From NCBI GenBank assembly GCA_964016885.1, contig OZ024743.1:25854001-25918000 (forward strand): 64,000 bases of DNA, in the 5' to 3' direction. The notes under the pieces were generated by a model. That model ran no database searches. It was not told the DNA's origin and saw only the letters and a list, made by a program, of their open reading frames with translations. The stretch's first letter is position 1, and the number at the start of each line of letters is the position of its first letter. Positions 43,831 through 58,500 of the stretch are shown one piece after another. This stretch comes from Eledone cirrhosa. Lineage: Eukaryota. The position numbers were made by a program, and so were the translations under genes.

Positions 43831-46800
43831 CTGATATCAGTTGACAATACTGTTGTTACTGTAATAGACTTATATCAGTTGACAATACTGTTGTTACTGG
43901 AATACACATATATCAGTTGATAATACTGTTGTTACTGGAAAACACTTATATCAGTTGACAATACTGTTGTTACTGGAATACACTTATATCAGTTGATAAT
44001 ACTCTTGTTACTGGAATACACTTATATCTGTTGACAATACTGTTGTTACTGGAATACACTTATATCAGTTGATAATACTGTTGTTACTGGAATACACTTA
44101 TACCAGTTGACAATACTGTTGTTACTGGAATACACTCATATAAGTTGACAATACTGTTGTTACTGGAATACACTTATATCAGTTGACAGTACTGTTGTTA
44201 CTGGAATACACTTATATCAGTTAATAATACTGTTGTTACTGGAATACACTTATATCAGTTGACAATACTGTTGTTACTGGAATACACTTATATCAGTTGA
44301 CAATACTGTTGTTACTGGAATACACTTATCTCAGTTGACAATACTGTTGTTACTGGAATACACTTATATCAGTTGACAATACTGTTGTTAATGGAATACA
44401 CTTATATCAGTTGACAATACTGTTGTTACTGGAATACACTTATATCAGTTGACAATACTGTTGTTACTGGAATACACTTATATCAGTTGACAATACTGTT
44501 GTTACTGGAATACACTTATATCAGTTGACAATACTGTTGTTACTGGAATACATTTATATCAGTTGACAATACTGTTGTTACTGGAATACACTTATATCAG
44601 TTGATAATACTATTGTTACTGGAATACACTTATATCAGTTGACAATACGGTTGTTACTGGAATACACTTATATCAGTTGACAATACTGTTGTCACTGGAA
44701 TACACTTATTTCAGTTAACAATACTGTTGTTACTGGAATACACTGATATCAGTTGACAATACTGTTGTTACTGGAATACACATATATCAGTTGATAATAC
44801 TGTTGTTACTGGAAAACACTTATATCAGTTGACAATACTGTTGTTACTGGAATACACTTATATCAGTTGATAATACACTTGTTACTGGAATACACTTATA
44901 TCTGTTGACAATACTGTTGTTACTGGAATACAGTTATATCAGTTGACAATACTGTTGTTACTGGAATACACTTATATCAGTTGACAATATTGTTGTTACT
45001 GGAATACACTTATATCAGTTGATAATACTGTTGTTACTGGAATACACTTATATCAGTTGACAATACTGTTGTTACTGGAATATATTTATATCAGTTGACA
45101 ATACTGTTGTTACTGGAATACACTTATATCTGTTGACAATACTGTTGTTACTGGAATACACTTATATCTGTTGACAAAACTGTTGTTACTGGAATACAGT
45201 TATATCAGTTGACAATACTGTTGTTACTGGAATACACTCATATAAGTTGACAATACTGTTGTTACTGGAATACACTTATATCAGTTGACAAGAATGTTGT
45301 TACTGGAATACACTTATATCAGTTGACAGTACTGTTGTTACTGGAATACACTTATATCAGTTAATAATACTGTTGTTACTGGAATACACTTATATCAGTT
45401 GACAATAATGTTGTTACTGGAATACACTTATATCAGTTGACAATACTGTTGTTACTGGAATACACTTATATCAGTTGACAATACTGTTGTTACTGGAATA
45501 CACTTATATCAGTTGACAATACTGTTGTTAATGGAATACACTTATATCAGTTGACAATACTGTTGTTACTGGAATACACTTATATCAGTTGACAATACTG
45601 TTGTTACAGGAATACACTTATATCAGTTGACAATACTGTTGTTGGTGGAATACACTTATTTCAGTTGACAATACTGTTGTTACTGGAATACACTTATATC
45701 AGTTGATAATACTGTTGTTACTGGAATACACTTATATCAGTTGACAATACTGTTGTTACTGGAATACACTTATATCAGTTGACAATACTGTTGTTACTGG
45801 AATACACTTATATCAGTTGACAATACTGTTGTTACTGGAATACACTTATATCAGTTGATAATACTTTTGTTACTGGAATACACTTATATCAGTTGACAAT
45901 ACTGTTGTTACTGGAATACACTTATATCAGTTGACAATACTGTTGTTACTGGAATACACTTATATCAGTTGACAATACTGTTGTTACTGGAATACACTTA
46001 TATCAGTTGACAATACTCTTATTACTGGAATAAACTTATATCAGTTGACAATACTGTTGTTACTGGAATACACTTATATCAGTTGACAATACTGTTGGTA
46101 CTGGAATACACTTATATCAGTTGACAATACTGTTGTTACTGGAATACACTTATATCAGTTGATAATACTGTTGTTACTGGAATACACTTATATCAGTTGA
46201 CAATACTGTTGTTACTGGAATACACTTATATCAGTTGACAATACTGTTGTTACTGGACTCCACTTATATCAGTTAACAATACTGTTGTTACTGGAATACA
46301 CTTATATCAGTTGACAATACTGTTGTTACTGGAATACACTTATATCAGTTGACAATACTGTTGTTACTGGAATACACTTATATCAGTTGATAATACTGTT
46401 GTTACTGGAATACAGTTATATCAGTTGACAATACTGTTGTTACTGGAATACACTCATATAAGTTGACAATACTGTTGTTACTGGAATACACTTATATCAG
46501 TTGACAATAATGTTGTTACTGGAATACACTTATATCAGTTGACAATACTGTTGTTACTGGAATACACTTATATCAGTTGACAATACTGTTGTTACTGGAA
46601 TACACTTATATCAGTTGACAATACTGTTGTTAAAGGAATACACTTATATCAGTTGACAATACTGTTGTTACTGGAATACACTTATATCAGTTGACAATAC
46701 TGTTGTTACAGGAATACACTTATATCATTTGACAATACTGTTGTTGGTGGAGTACACTTATTTCAGTTGACTATACTGTTGTTACTGGAATACACTTATA

Positions 46801-49800
46801 TCAGTTGATAATACTGTTGTTACTGGAATACACTTATATCAGTTGACAATACTGTTGTTACTGGAATACACTTATATCAGTTGACAATACTGTTGTTACT
46901 GGAATACACATATATCAGTTGACAATACTGTTGTTACTGGAATACACTTATATCAGTTGATAATACTGTTGTTACTGGAATACACTTATATCAGTTGACA
47001 ATACTGTTGTTACTGGAATACACTTATATCAGTTGACAATACTGTCGTTACTGGAATACACTTATATCAGTTGACAATACTGTTGTTACTGGAATACACT
47101 TATATCAGTTGACAATACTCTTATTACTGGAATACACTTATATCTGTTGACAATACTGTTGTTACTGGAATACACTTATATCAGTTGACAATACTGTTGT
47201 TACTGGAATACACTTATATCAGTTGACAATACTGTTGTTACTGGAATACACTTATATCAGTTGATAATACTGTTGTTACTGGAATACACTTATATCAGTT
47301 GACAATACTGTTGTTACAGGAATACACTTATATCAGTTGACAATACTGTTGTTGGTGGAATACACTTATTTCAGTTGACAATACTGTTGTTACTGGAATA
47401 CACTTATATCAGTTGATAATACTGTTGTTACTGGAATACAGTTATATCAGTTGACAATACTGTTGTTACTGGAATACACTCATATAAGTTGACAATACTG
47501 TTGTTACTGGAATACACTTGTATCAGTTGACAATACTCTTATTACTGGAATACACTTATATCTGTTGACAATACTGTTGTTACTGGAATACACTTATATC
47601 AGTTGACAATACTGTTGTTACTGGAATACACTTATATCAGTTGACAATATTGTTGTTACTGGAATACACTTATATCAGTTGATAATACTGTTGTTACTGG
47701 AATACACTTATATCAGTTGACAATACTGTTGTTACTGGAATATATTTATATCAGTTGACAATACTGTTGTTACTGGAATACACTTATATCTGTTGACAAT
47801 ACTGTTGTTACTGGAATACACTTATATCTGTTGACAAAACTGTTGTTACTGGAATACAGTTATATCAGTTGACAATACTGTTGTTACTGGAATACACTCA
47901 TATAAGTTGACAATACTGTTGTTACTGGAATACACTTATATCAGTTGACAAGAATGTTGTTACTGGAATACACTTATATCAGTTGACAGTACTGTTGTTA
48001 CTGGAATACACTTATATCAGTTAATAATACTGTTGTTACTGGAATACACTTATATCAGTTGACAAAACTGTTGTTACTGGAATACACTTATATCAGTTGA
48101 CAATACTGTTGTTACTGGAATACACTTATATCAGTTGACAATACTGTTGTTACTGGAATACACTTATATCAGTTGACAATACTGTTGTTAATGGAATACA
48201 CTTATATCAGTTGACAATACTGTTGTTACTGGAATACACTTATATCAGTTGACAATACTGTTGTTACAGGAATACACTTATATCAGTTGACAATACTGTT
48301 GTTGGTGGAATACACTTATTTCAGTTGACAATACTGTTGTTACTGGAATACACTTATATCAGTTGATAATACTGTTGTTACTGGAATACACTTATATCAG
48401 TTGACAATACTGTTGTTACTGGAATACACTTATATCAGTTGACAATACTGTTGTTACTGGAATACACTTATATCAGTTGACAATACTGTTGTTACTGGAA
48501 TACACTTATATCAGTTGATAATACTTTTGTTACTGGAATACACTTATATCAGTTGACAATACTGTTGTTACTGGAATACACTTATATCAGTTGACAATAC
48601 TGTTGTTACTGGAATACACTTATATCAGTTGACAATACTGTTGTTACTGGAATACACTTATATCAGTTGACAATACTCTTATTACTGGAATACACTTATA
48701 TCAGTTGACAATACTGTTGTTACTGGAATACACTTATATCAGTTGACAATACTGTTGTTACTGGAATACACTTATATCAGTTGACAATACTGTTGTTACT
48801 GGAATACACTTATATCAGTTGACAATACTGTTGTTACTGGAATACACTTATATCAGTTGATAATACTGTTGTTACTGGAATACACTTATATCAGTTGACA
48901 ATACTGTTGTTACTGGAATACACTTATATCAGTTGACAATACTGTTGTTACTGGAATACACTTATATCAGTTGATAATACTGTTGTTACTGGAATACAGT
49001 TATATCAGTTGACAATACTGTTGTTACTGGAATACACTCATATAAGTTGACAATACTGTTGTTACTGGAATACACTTATATCAGTTGACAAGGATGTTGT
49101 TACTGGAATACACTTATATCAGTTGACAGTACTGTTGTTACTGGAATACACTTATATCAGTTAATAATACTGTTGTTACTGGAATACACTTATATCAGTT
49201 GACAATAATGTTGTTACTGGAATACACTTATATCAGTTGACAATACTGTTGTTACTGGAATACACTTATATCAGTTGACAATACTGTTGTTACTGGAATA
49301 CACTTATATCAGTTGACAATACTGTTGTTAATGGAATACACTTATATCAGTTGACAATACTGTTGTTACTGGAATACACTTATATCAGTTGACAATACTG
49401 TTGTTACAGGAATACACTTATATCATTTGACAATACTGTTGTTGGTGGAGTACACTTATTTCAGTTGACAATACTGTTGTTACTGGAATACACTTATATC
49501 AGTTGATAATACTGTTGTTACTGGAATACACTTATATCAGTTGACAATACTGTTGTTACTGGAATACACTTATATCAGTTGACAATACTGTTGTTACTGG
49601 AATACACTTATATCAGTTGATAATACTGTTGTTACTGGAATACACTTATATCAGTTGACAATACTGTTGTTACTGGAATACACTTATATCAGTTGACAAT
49701 ACTGTCGTTACTGGAATACACTTATATCAGTTGACAATACTGTTGTTACTGGAATACACTTATATCAGTTGACAATACTCTTATTACTGGAATACACTTA

Positions 49801-52800
49801 TATCTGTTGACAATACTGTTGTTACTGGAATACACTTATATCAGTTGACAATACTGTTGTTACTGGAATACACTTATATCAGTTGACAATACTGTTGTTA
49901 GTGGAATACACTTATATCAGTTGATAATACTGTTGTTACTGGAATACACTTATATCAGTTGACAATACTGTTGTTACTGGAATACACTTATATCAGTTGA
50001 CAATACTGTTGTTACTGGACTCCACTTATATCAGTTGACAATACTGTTGTTACTGGAATACACTTATATCAGTTGAAAATACTGTTGTTACTGGAATACA
50101 CTTATATCAGTTGACAATACTGTTGTTACTGGAATACACTTATATCAGTTGATAATACTGTTGTTACTGGAATACACTTATTTCAGTTGACAATACTGTT
50201 GTTACTGGAATACACTTATATCAGTTGACAATACTGTTGTTACTGGAATACATTTATATCAGTTGACAATACTGTTGTTACTGGAATACACTTATATCAG
50301 TTGATAATACTGTTGTTACTGGAATACACTTATATCAGTTGACAATACTGTTGTTACTGGAATACACTTATATCAGTTGACATACTGTTGTTACTGGAAT
50401 ACACTTATTTCAGTTAACAATACTGTTGTTACTGGAATACACTGATATCAGTTGACAATACTGTTGTTACTGTAATAGACTTATATCAGTTGACAATACT
50501 GTTGTTACTGGAATACACATATATCAGTTGATAATACTGTTGTTACTGGAAAACACTTATATCAGTTGACAATACTGTTGTTACTGGAATACACTTATAT
50601 CAGTTGATAATACTCTTGTTACTGGAATACACTTATATCTGTTGACAATACTGTTGTTACTGGAATACACTTATATCAGTTGATAATACTGTTGTTACTG
50701 GAATACACTTATATCAGTTGACAATACTGTTGTTACTGGAATACACTTATATCTGTTGACAATACTGTTGTTACTGGAATACACTTATATCTGTTGACAA
50801 AACTGTTGTTACTGGAATACAGTTATATCAGTTGACAATACTGTTGTTACTGGAATACACTCATATAAGTTGACAATACTGTTGTTACTGGAATACACTT
50901 ATATCAGTTGACAATAATGTTGTTACTGGAATACACTTATATCAGTTAACAGTACTGTTGTTACTGGAATACACTTATATCAGTTAATAATACTGTTGTT
51001 ACTGGAATACACTTATATCAGTTGACAATACTGTTGTTACTGGAATACACTTATATCAGTTGACAATACTGTTGTTACTGGAATACACTTATCTCAGTTG
51101 ACAATACTGTTGTTACTGGAATACACTTATATCAGTTGACAATACTGTTGTTAATGGAATACACTTATATCAGTTGACAATACTGTTGTTACTGGAATAC
51201 ACTTATATCAGTTGACAATACTGTTGTTACTGGAATACACTTATATCAGTTGACAATACTGTTGTTACAGGAATACACTTATATCAGTTGATAATACTGT
51301 TGTTACTGGAATACACTTATATCAGTTGACAATACTGTTGTTACTGGAATACACTTATATCTGTTGACAATACTGTTGTTACTGGAATACACTTATATCT
51401 GTTGACAAAACTGTTGTTACTGGAATACAGTTATATCAGTTGACAATACTGTTGTTACTGGAATACACTCATATAAGTTGACAATACTGTTGTTACTGGA
51501 ATACACTTATATCAGTTGACAATACTGTTGTTACTGGAATACACTTATATCAGTTGACAATACTGTTGTTACAGGAATACACTTATATCAGTTGATAATA
51601 CTGTTGTTACTGGAATACACTTATTTCAGTTGACAATACTGTTGTTACTGGAATACACTTATATCAGTTGACAATACTGTTGTTACTGGAATACATTTAT
51701 ATCAGTTGACAATACTGTTGTTACTGGAATACACTTATATCAGTTGATAATACTATTGTTACTGGAATACACTTATATCAGTTGACAAAACTGTTGTTAC
51801 TGGAATACAGTTATATCAGTTGACAATACTGTTGTTACTGGAATACACTGATATCAGTTGACAATACTGTTGTTACTGTAATAGACTTATATCAGTTGAC
51901 AATACTGTTGTTACTGGAATACACATATATCAGTTGATAATACTGTTGTTACTGGAAAACACTTATATCAGTTGACAATACTGTTGTTACCGGAATACAC
52001 TTATATCAGTTGATAATACTCTTGTTACTGGAATACACTTATATCTGTTGACAATACTGTTGTTACTGGAATACACTTATATCAGTTGATAATACTGTTG
52101 TTACTGGAATACACTTATATCAGTTGACAATACTGTTGTTACTGGAATACACTTATATCTGTTGACAATACTGTTGTTACTGGAATACACTTATATCTGT
52201 TGACAAAACTGTTGTTACTGGAATACAGTTATATCAGTTGACAATACTGTTGTTACTGGAATACACTCATATAAGTTGACAATACTGTTGTTACTGGAAT
52301 ACACTTATATCAGTTGACAATAATGTTGTTACTGGAATACACTTATATCAGTTGACAGTACTGTTGTTACTGGAATACACTTATATCAGTTAATAATACT
52401 GTTGTTACTGGAATACACTTATATCAGTTGACAATACTGTTGTTACTGGAATACACTTATATCAGTTGACAATACTGTTGTTACTGGAATACACTTATCT
52501 CAGTTGACAATACTGTTGTTACTGGAATACACTTATATCAGTTGACAATACTGTTGTTAATGGAATACACTTATATCAGTTGACAATACTGTTGTTACTG
52601 GAATACACTTATATCAGTTGACAATACTGTTGTTACTGGAATACACTTATATCAGTTGACAATACTGTTGTTACTGGAATACACTTATATCAGTTGACAA
52701 TACTGTTGTTACTGGAATACATTTATATCAGTTGACAATACTGTTGTTACTGGAATACACTTATATCAGTTGATAATACTATTGTTACTGGAATACACTT

Positions 52801-55800
52801 ATATCAGTTGACAATACGGTTGTTACTGGAATACACTTATATCAGTTGACAATACTGTTGTCACTGGAATACACTTATTTCAGTTAACAATACTGTTGTT
52901 ACTGGAATACACTGATATCAGTTGACAATACTGTTGTTACAGGAATACACATATATCAGTTGATAATACTGTTGTTACTGGAAAACACTTATATCAGTTG
53001 ACAATACTGTTGTTACTGGAATACACTTATATCAGTTGATAATACACTTGTTACTGTAATACACTTATATCTGTTGACAATACTGTTGTTACTGGAATAC
53101 AGTTATATCAGTTGACAATACTGTTGTTACTGGAATACACTTATATCAGTTGACAATACTGTTGTTACTGGAATACACTTATATCAGTTGATAATACTGT
53201 TGTTACTGGAATACACTTATATCAGTTGACAATACTGTTGTTACTGGAATATATTTATATCAGTTGACAATACTGTTGTTACTGGAATACACTTATATCT
53301 ATTGACAATACTGTTGTTACTGGAATACACTTATATCTGTTGACAAAACTGTTGTTACTGGAATACAGTTATATCAGTTGACAATACTGTTGTTACTGGA
53401 ATACACTCATATAAGTTGACAATACTGTTGTTACTGGAATACACTTATATCAGTTGACAAGAATGTTGTTACTGGAATACACTTATATCAGTTGACAGTA
53501 CTGTTGTTACTGGAATACACTTATATCAGTTAATAATACTGTTGTTACTGGAATACACTTATATCAGTTGACAATACTGTTGTTACTGGAATACACTTAT
53601 ATCAGTTGACAATACTGTTGTTACTGGAATACACTTATATCAGTTGACAATACTGTTGTTACTGGAATACACTTATATCAGTTGACAATACTGTTGTTAA
53701 TGGAATACACTTATATCAGTTGACAATACTGTTGTTACTGGAATACACTTATATCAGTTGACAATACTGTTGTTACAGGAATACACTTATATCAGTTGAC
53801 AATACTGTTGTTGGTGGAATACACTTATTTCAGTTGACAATACTGTTGTTACTGGAATACACTTATATCAGTTGATAATACTGTTGTTACTGGAATACAC
53901 TTATATCAGTTGACAATACTGTTGTTACTGGAATACACTTATATCAGTTGACAATACTGTTGTTACTGGAATACACTTATATCAGTTGACAATACTGTTG
54001 TTACTGGAATACACTTATATCAGTTGATAATACTTTTGTTACTGGAATACACTTATATCAGTTGACAATACTGTTGTTACTGGAATACACTTATATCAGT
54101 TGACAATACTGTTGTTACTGGAATACACTTATATCAGTTGACAATACTGTTGTTACTGGAATACACTTATATCAGTTGACAATACTCTTATTACTGGAAT
54201 ACACTTATATCAGTTGACAATACTCTTGTTACTGGAATACACTTATATCAGTTGACAATACTGTTGTTACTGGAATACACTTATATCAGTTGACAATACT
54301 GTTGTTACTGGAATACACTTATATCAGTTGACAATACTGTTGTTACTGGAATACACTTATATCAGTTGACAATACTGTTGTTACTGGAATACACTTATAT
54401 CAGTTGACAATACTGTTGTTACTGGAATACACTTATATCAGTTGACAATACTGTTGTTACTGGAATACACTTATATCAGTTGACAATACTGTTGTTACTG
54501 GAATACACTTATATCAGTTGATAATACTGTTGTTACTGGAATACACTTATATCAGTTGACAATACTGTTGTTACTGGAATACACTTATATCAGTTGACAA
54601 TACTGTTATTACTGGAATACACTTATTTCAGTTAACAATACTGTTGTTACTGGAATACACTGATATCAGTTGCCAATACTGTTGTTACTGGAATAGACTT
54701 ATATCAGTTCACAATACTCTTGTTACTGGAATACACATATATCAGTTGATAATACTGTTGTTACTGGAAAACACTTATATCAGTTGACAATACTGTTGTT
54801 ACTGGAATACACTTATATCAGTTGATAATACTCTTGTTACTGGAATACACTTATATCTGTTGACAATACTGTTGTTACTGGAATACACTTATATCAGTTG
54901 ATAATACTGTTGTTACTGGAATACACTTATATCAGTTGACAATACTGTTGTTACTGGAATACACTTATATCTGTTGACAATACTGTTGTTACTGGAATAC
55001 ACTTATATCTGTTGACAAAACTGTTGTTACTGGAATACAGTTATATCAGTTGACAATACTGTTGTTACTGGAATACACTCATATAAGTTGACAATACTGT
55101 CGTTACTGGAATACACTTATATCAGTTGACAATAATGTTGTTACTGGAATACACTTATATCAGTTAATAATACTGTTGTTACTGGAATACACTTATATCA
55201 GTTGACAATACTGTTGTTACTGGAATACACTTATATCAGTTGACAATACTGTTGTTACTGGAATACACTTATATCAGTTAATAATACTGTTGTTACTGGA
55301 ATACACTTATATCAGTTGACAATACTGTTGTTACTGGAATACACTTATATCAGTTGACAATACTGTTGTTACTGGAATACACTTATATCAGTTGACAATA
55401 CTGTTGTTACAGGAATACACTTATATCAGTTGACAATACTGTTGTTGGTGGAATACACTTATTTCAGTTGACATTACTGTTGTTACTGGAATACACTTAT
55501 ATCAGTTGATAATACTGTTGTTACTGGAATACACTTATATCAGTTGACAATACTGTTGTTACTGGAATACACTTATATCAGTTGACAATACTGTTGTTAC
55601 TGGAATACACTTATATCAGTTGACAATACTGTTGTTACTGGAATACACTTATATCAGTTGATAATACTGTTGTTACTGGAATACACTTATATCAGTTGAC
55701 AATACTGTTGTTACTGGAATACACTTATATCAGTTGACAATACTGTTGTTACTGGAATACACTTATATCAGTTGACAATACTGTTGTTACTGGAATACAC

Positions 55801-55999
55801 TTATATCAGTTGACAATACTCTTATTACTGGAATACACTTATATCAGTTGACAATACTGTTGTTACTGGAATACACTTATATCAGTTGACAATACTGTTG
55901 TTACTGGAATACACTTATATCAGTTGACAATACTGTTGTTACTGGAATACACTTATATCAGTTGACAATACTGTTTTTACTGGAATACACTTATATTAG

Positions 56000-58500
56000 T
56001 TGACAATACTGTTGTTACTGGACTCCACTTATATCAGTTGACAATACTGTTGTTACTGGAATACACTTATATCAGTTGACAATACTGTTGTTACTGGAAT
56101 ACTCTTATATCAGTTGACAATACTGTTGTTACTGGAATACACTTATATCAGTTGATAATACTGTTGTTACTGGAATACACTTATTTCAGTTGACAATACT
56201 GTTGTTACTGGAATACACTTATATCAGTTGACAATACTGTTGTTACTGGAATACATTTATATCAGTTGACAATACTGTTGTTACTTGAATACACTTATAT
56301 CAGTTGATAATACTGTTGTTACTGGAATACACTTATATCAGTTGACAATACTGTTGTTACTGGAATACACTTATATCAGTTGACAATACTGTTGTTACTG
56401 GAATACACTTATATCAGTTGACAATACTGTTGTTACTGGAATACACTTATATCAGTTGACAATACTGTTGTTACTGGACTCCACTTATATCAGTTGACAA
56501 TACTGTTGTTACTGGAATACACTTATATCAGTTGACAATACTGTTGTTACTGGAATACTGTTATATCAGTTGACAATACTGTTGTTACTGGAATACACTT
56601 ATATCAGTTGATAATACTGTTGTTACTGGAATACACTTATTTCAGTTGACAATACTGTTGTTACTGGAATACACTTATATCAGTTGACAATACTGTTGTT
56701 ACTGGAATACATTTATATCAGTTGACAATACTGTTGTTACTGGAATACACTTATATCAGTTGATAATACTGTTGTTACTGGAATACACTTATATCAGTTG
56801 ACAATACTGTTGTTACTGGAATACACTTATATCAGTTGACAATACTGTTGTTACTGGAATACACTTATTTCAGTTAACAATACTGTTGTTACTGGAATAC
56901 ACTGATATCAGTTGACAATACTGTTGTTACTTGAATAGACTTATATCAGTTGACAATACTGTTGTTACTGGAATACACATATATCAGTTGACAATACTGT
57001 TGTTACTGGAATACACTTATATCAGTTGACAATACTGTTGTTACTGGAATACACTTATATCAGTTGACAATACTGTTGTTACTGGAATACTGTTATATCA
57101 GTTGACAATACTGTTGTTACTGGAATACACTTATATCAGTTGATAATACTGTTGTTACTGGAATACACTTATTTCAGTTGACAATACTGTTGTTACTGGA
57201 ATACACTTATATCAGTTGACAATACTGTTGTTACTGGAATACATTTATATCAGTTGACAATACTGTTGTTACTGGAATACACTTATATCAGTTGATAATA
57301 CTGTTGTTACTGGAATACACTTATCAGTTGACAATACTGTTGTTACTGGAATACACTTATATCAGTTGACAATACTGTTGTTACTGGAATACACTTATTT
57401 CAGTTAACAATACTGTTGTTACTGGAATACACTGATATCAGTTGACAATACTGTTGTTACTGGAATAGACTTATATCAGTTGACAATACTGTTGTTACTG
57501 GAATACACATATATCAGTTGACAATACTGTTGTTACTGGAATACACTTATATCAGTTGATAATACTCTTGTTACTGGAATACACTTATATCTGTTGACAA
57601 TACTGTTGTTACTGGAATAAAGTTATATCAGTTGACAATACTGTTGTTACTGGAATACACTTATATCAGTTGATAATACTGTTGTTACTGGAATACACTA
57701 ATATCAGTTGACAATACTGTTGTTACTGGAATACACTTATATCAGTTGACAATACTGTTGTTACTGGAATACACTTATATCAGTTGACAATACTGTTGTT
57801 ACTGGAATACACTTATATCAGTTGACAATAAGGTTGTTACTGGAATACACTTATATCAGTTGACAATACTTTGTTACTGGAATACACTTATGTCTGTTGA
57901 CAATACTGTTGTTACTGGAATGCACTTATATCAGTTGACAATACTGTTGTTACTGGAATACACTTATATCAGTTGATAATACTGTTGTTACTAGAATACA
58001 CTTATATCATTTGACAATACTGTTGTTACTGGAATACAAATATATCAGTTGACAATACAGTTGTTACTGGAATACACTTATATCAGATGACAATACTGTT
58101 GTTACTGGAATACACTTATATCAGTTGATATTACTGTTGTTACTGGAATACACTTATTTCAGTTGACAATACTGTTGTTACTGGAATACACTTATATCAG
58201 TTGATAATACTGTTGTTACTGGAATACACTTATATCTGTTGACAATACTTTTGTTACTGGAATACAAATATATCAGTTGACAATACAGTTGTTACTGGAA
58301 TACACTTATATCAGATGACAATACTGTTGTTACTGGAATACACTTATATCAGTTGATATTACTGTTGTTACTGGAATACACTTATTTCAGTTGACAATAC
58401 TGTTGTTACTGGAATACACTTATATCAGTTGATAATACTGTTGTTACTGGAATACACTTATATCTGTTGACAATACTTTTGTTACTGGAATACACTTATA
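56000..58500 (+). repeat. Cluster of short tandem duplications (12-, 14- and 6-monomer periods) at the B-to-A transition
   Basis: GGACTCC 56020/56476 (456 = 12x38), TGGAATACTGTTATATC 56551/57083 (532 = 14x38), GGAATACAAATAT 58031/58259 (228 = 6x38). Confidence 0.85.

Larger units (their letters stand above)
7400..56500 (+). repeat. Central variant domain (haplotype B) of the satellite
   Basis: Diagnostic monomers not seen in the flanks: CACTCATATAAG (first about 7400, last about 55080), GGACTCCAC (8381 to 56476), GTTGGTGG, ACTCTTATTAC, GTAATAGAC, and the GACATACTG 1-bp deletion. Confidence 0.85.
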
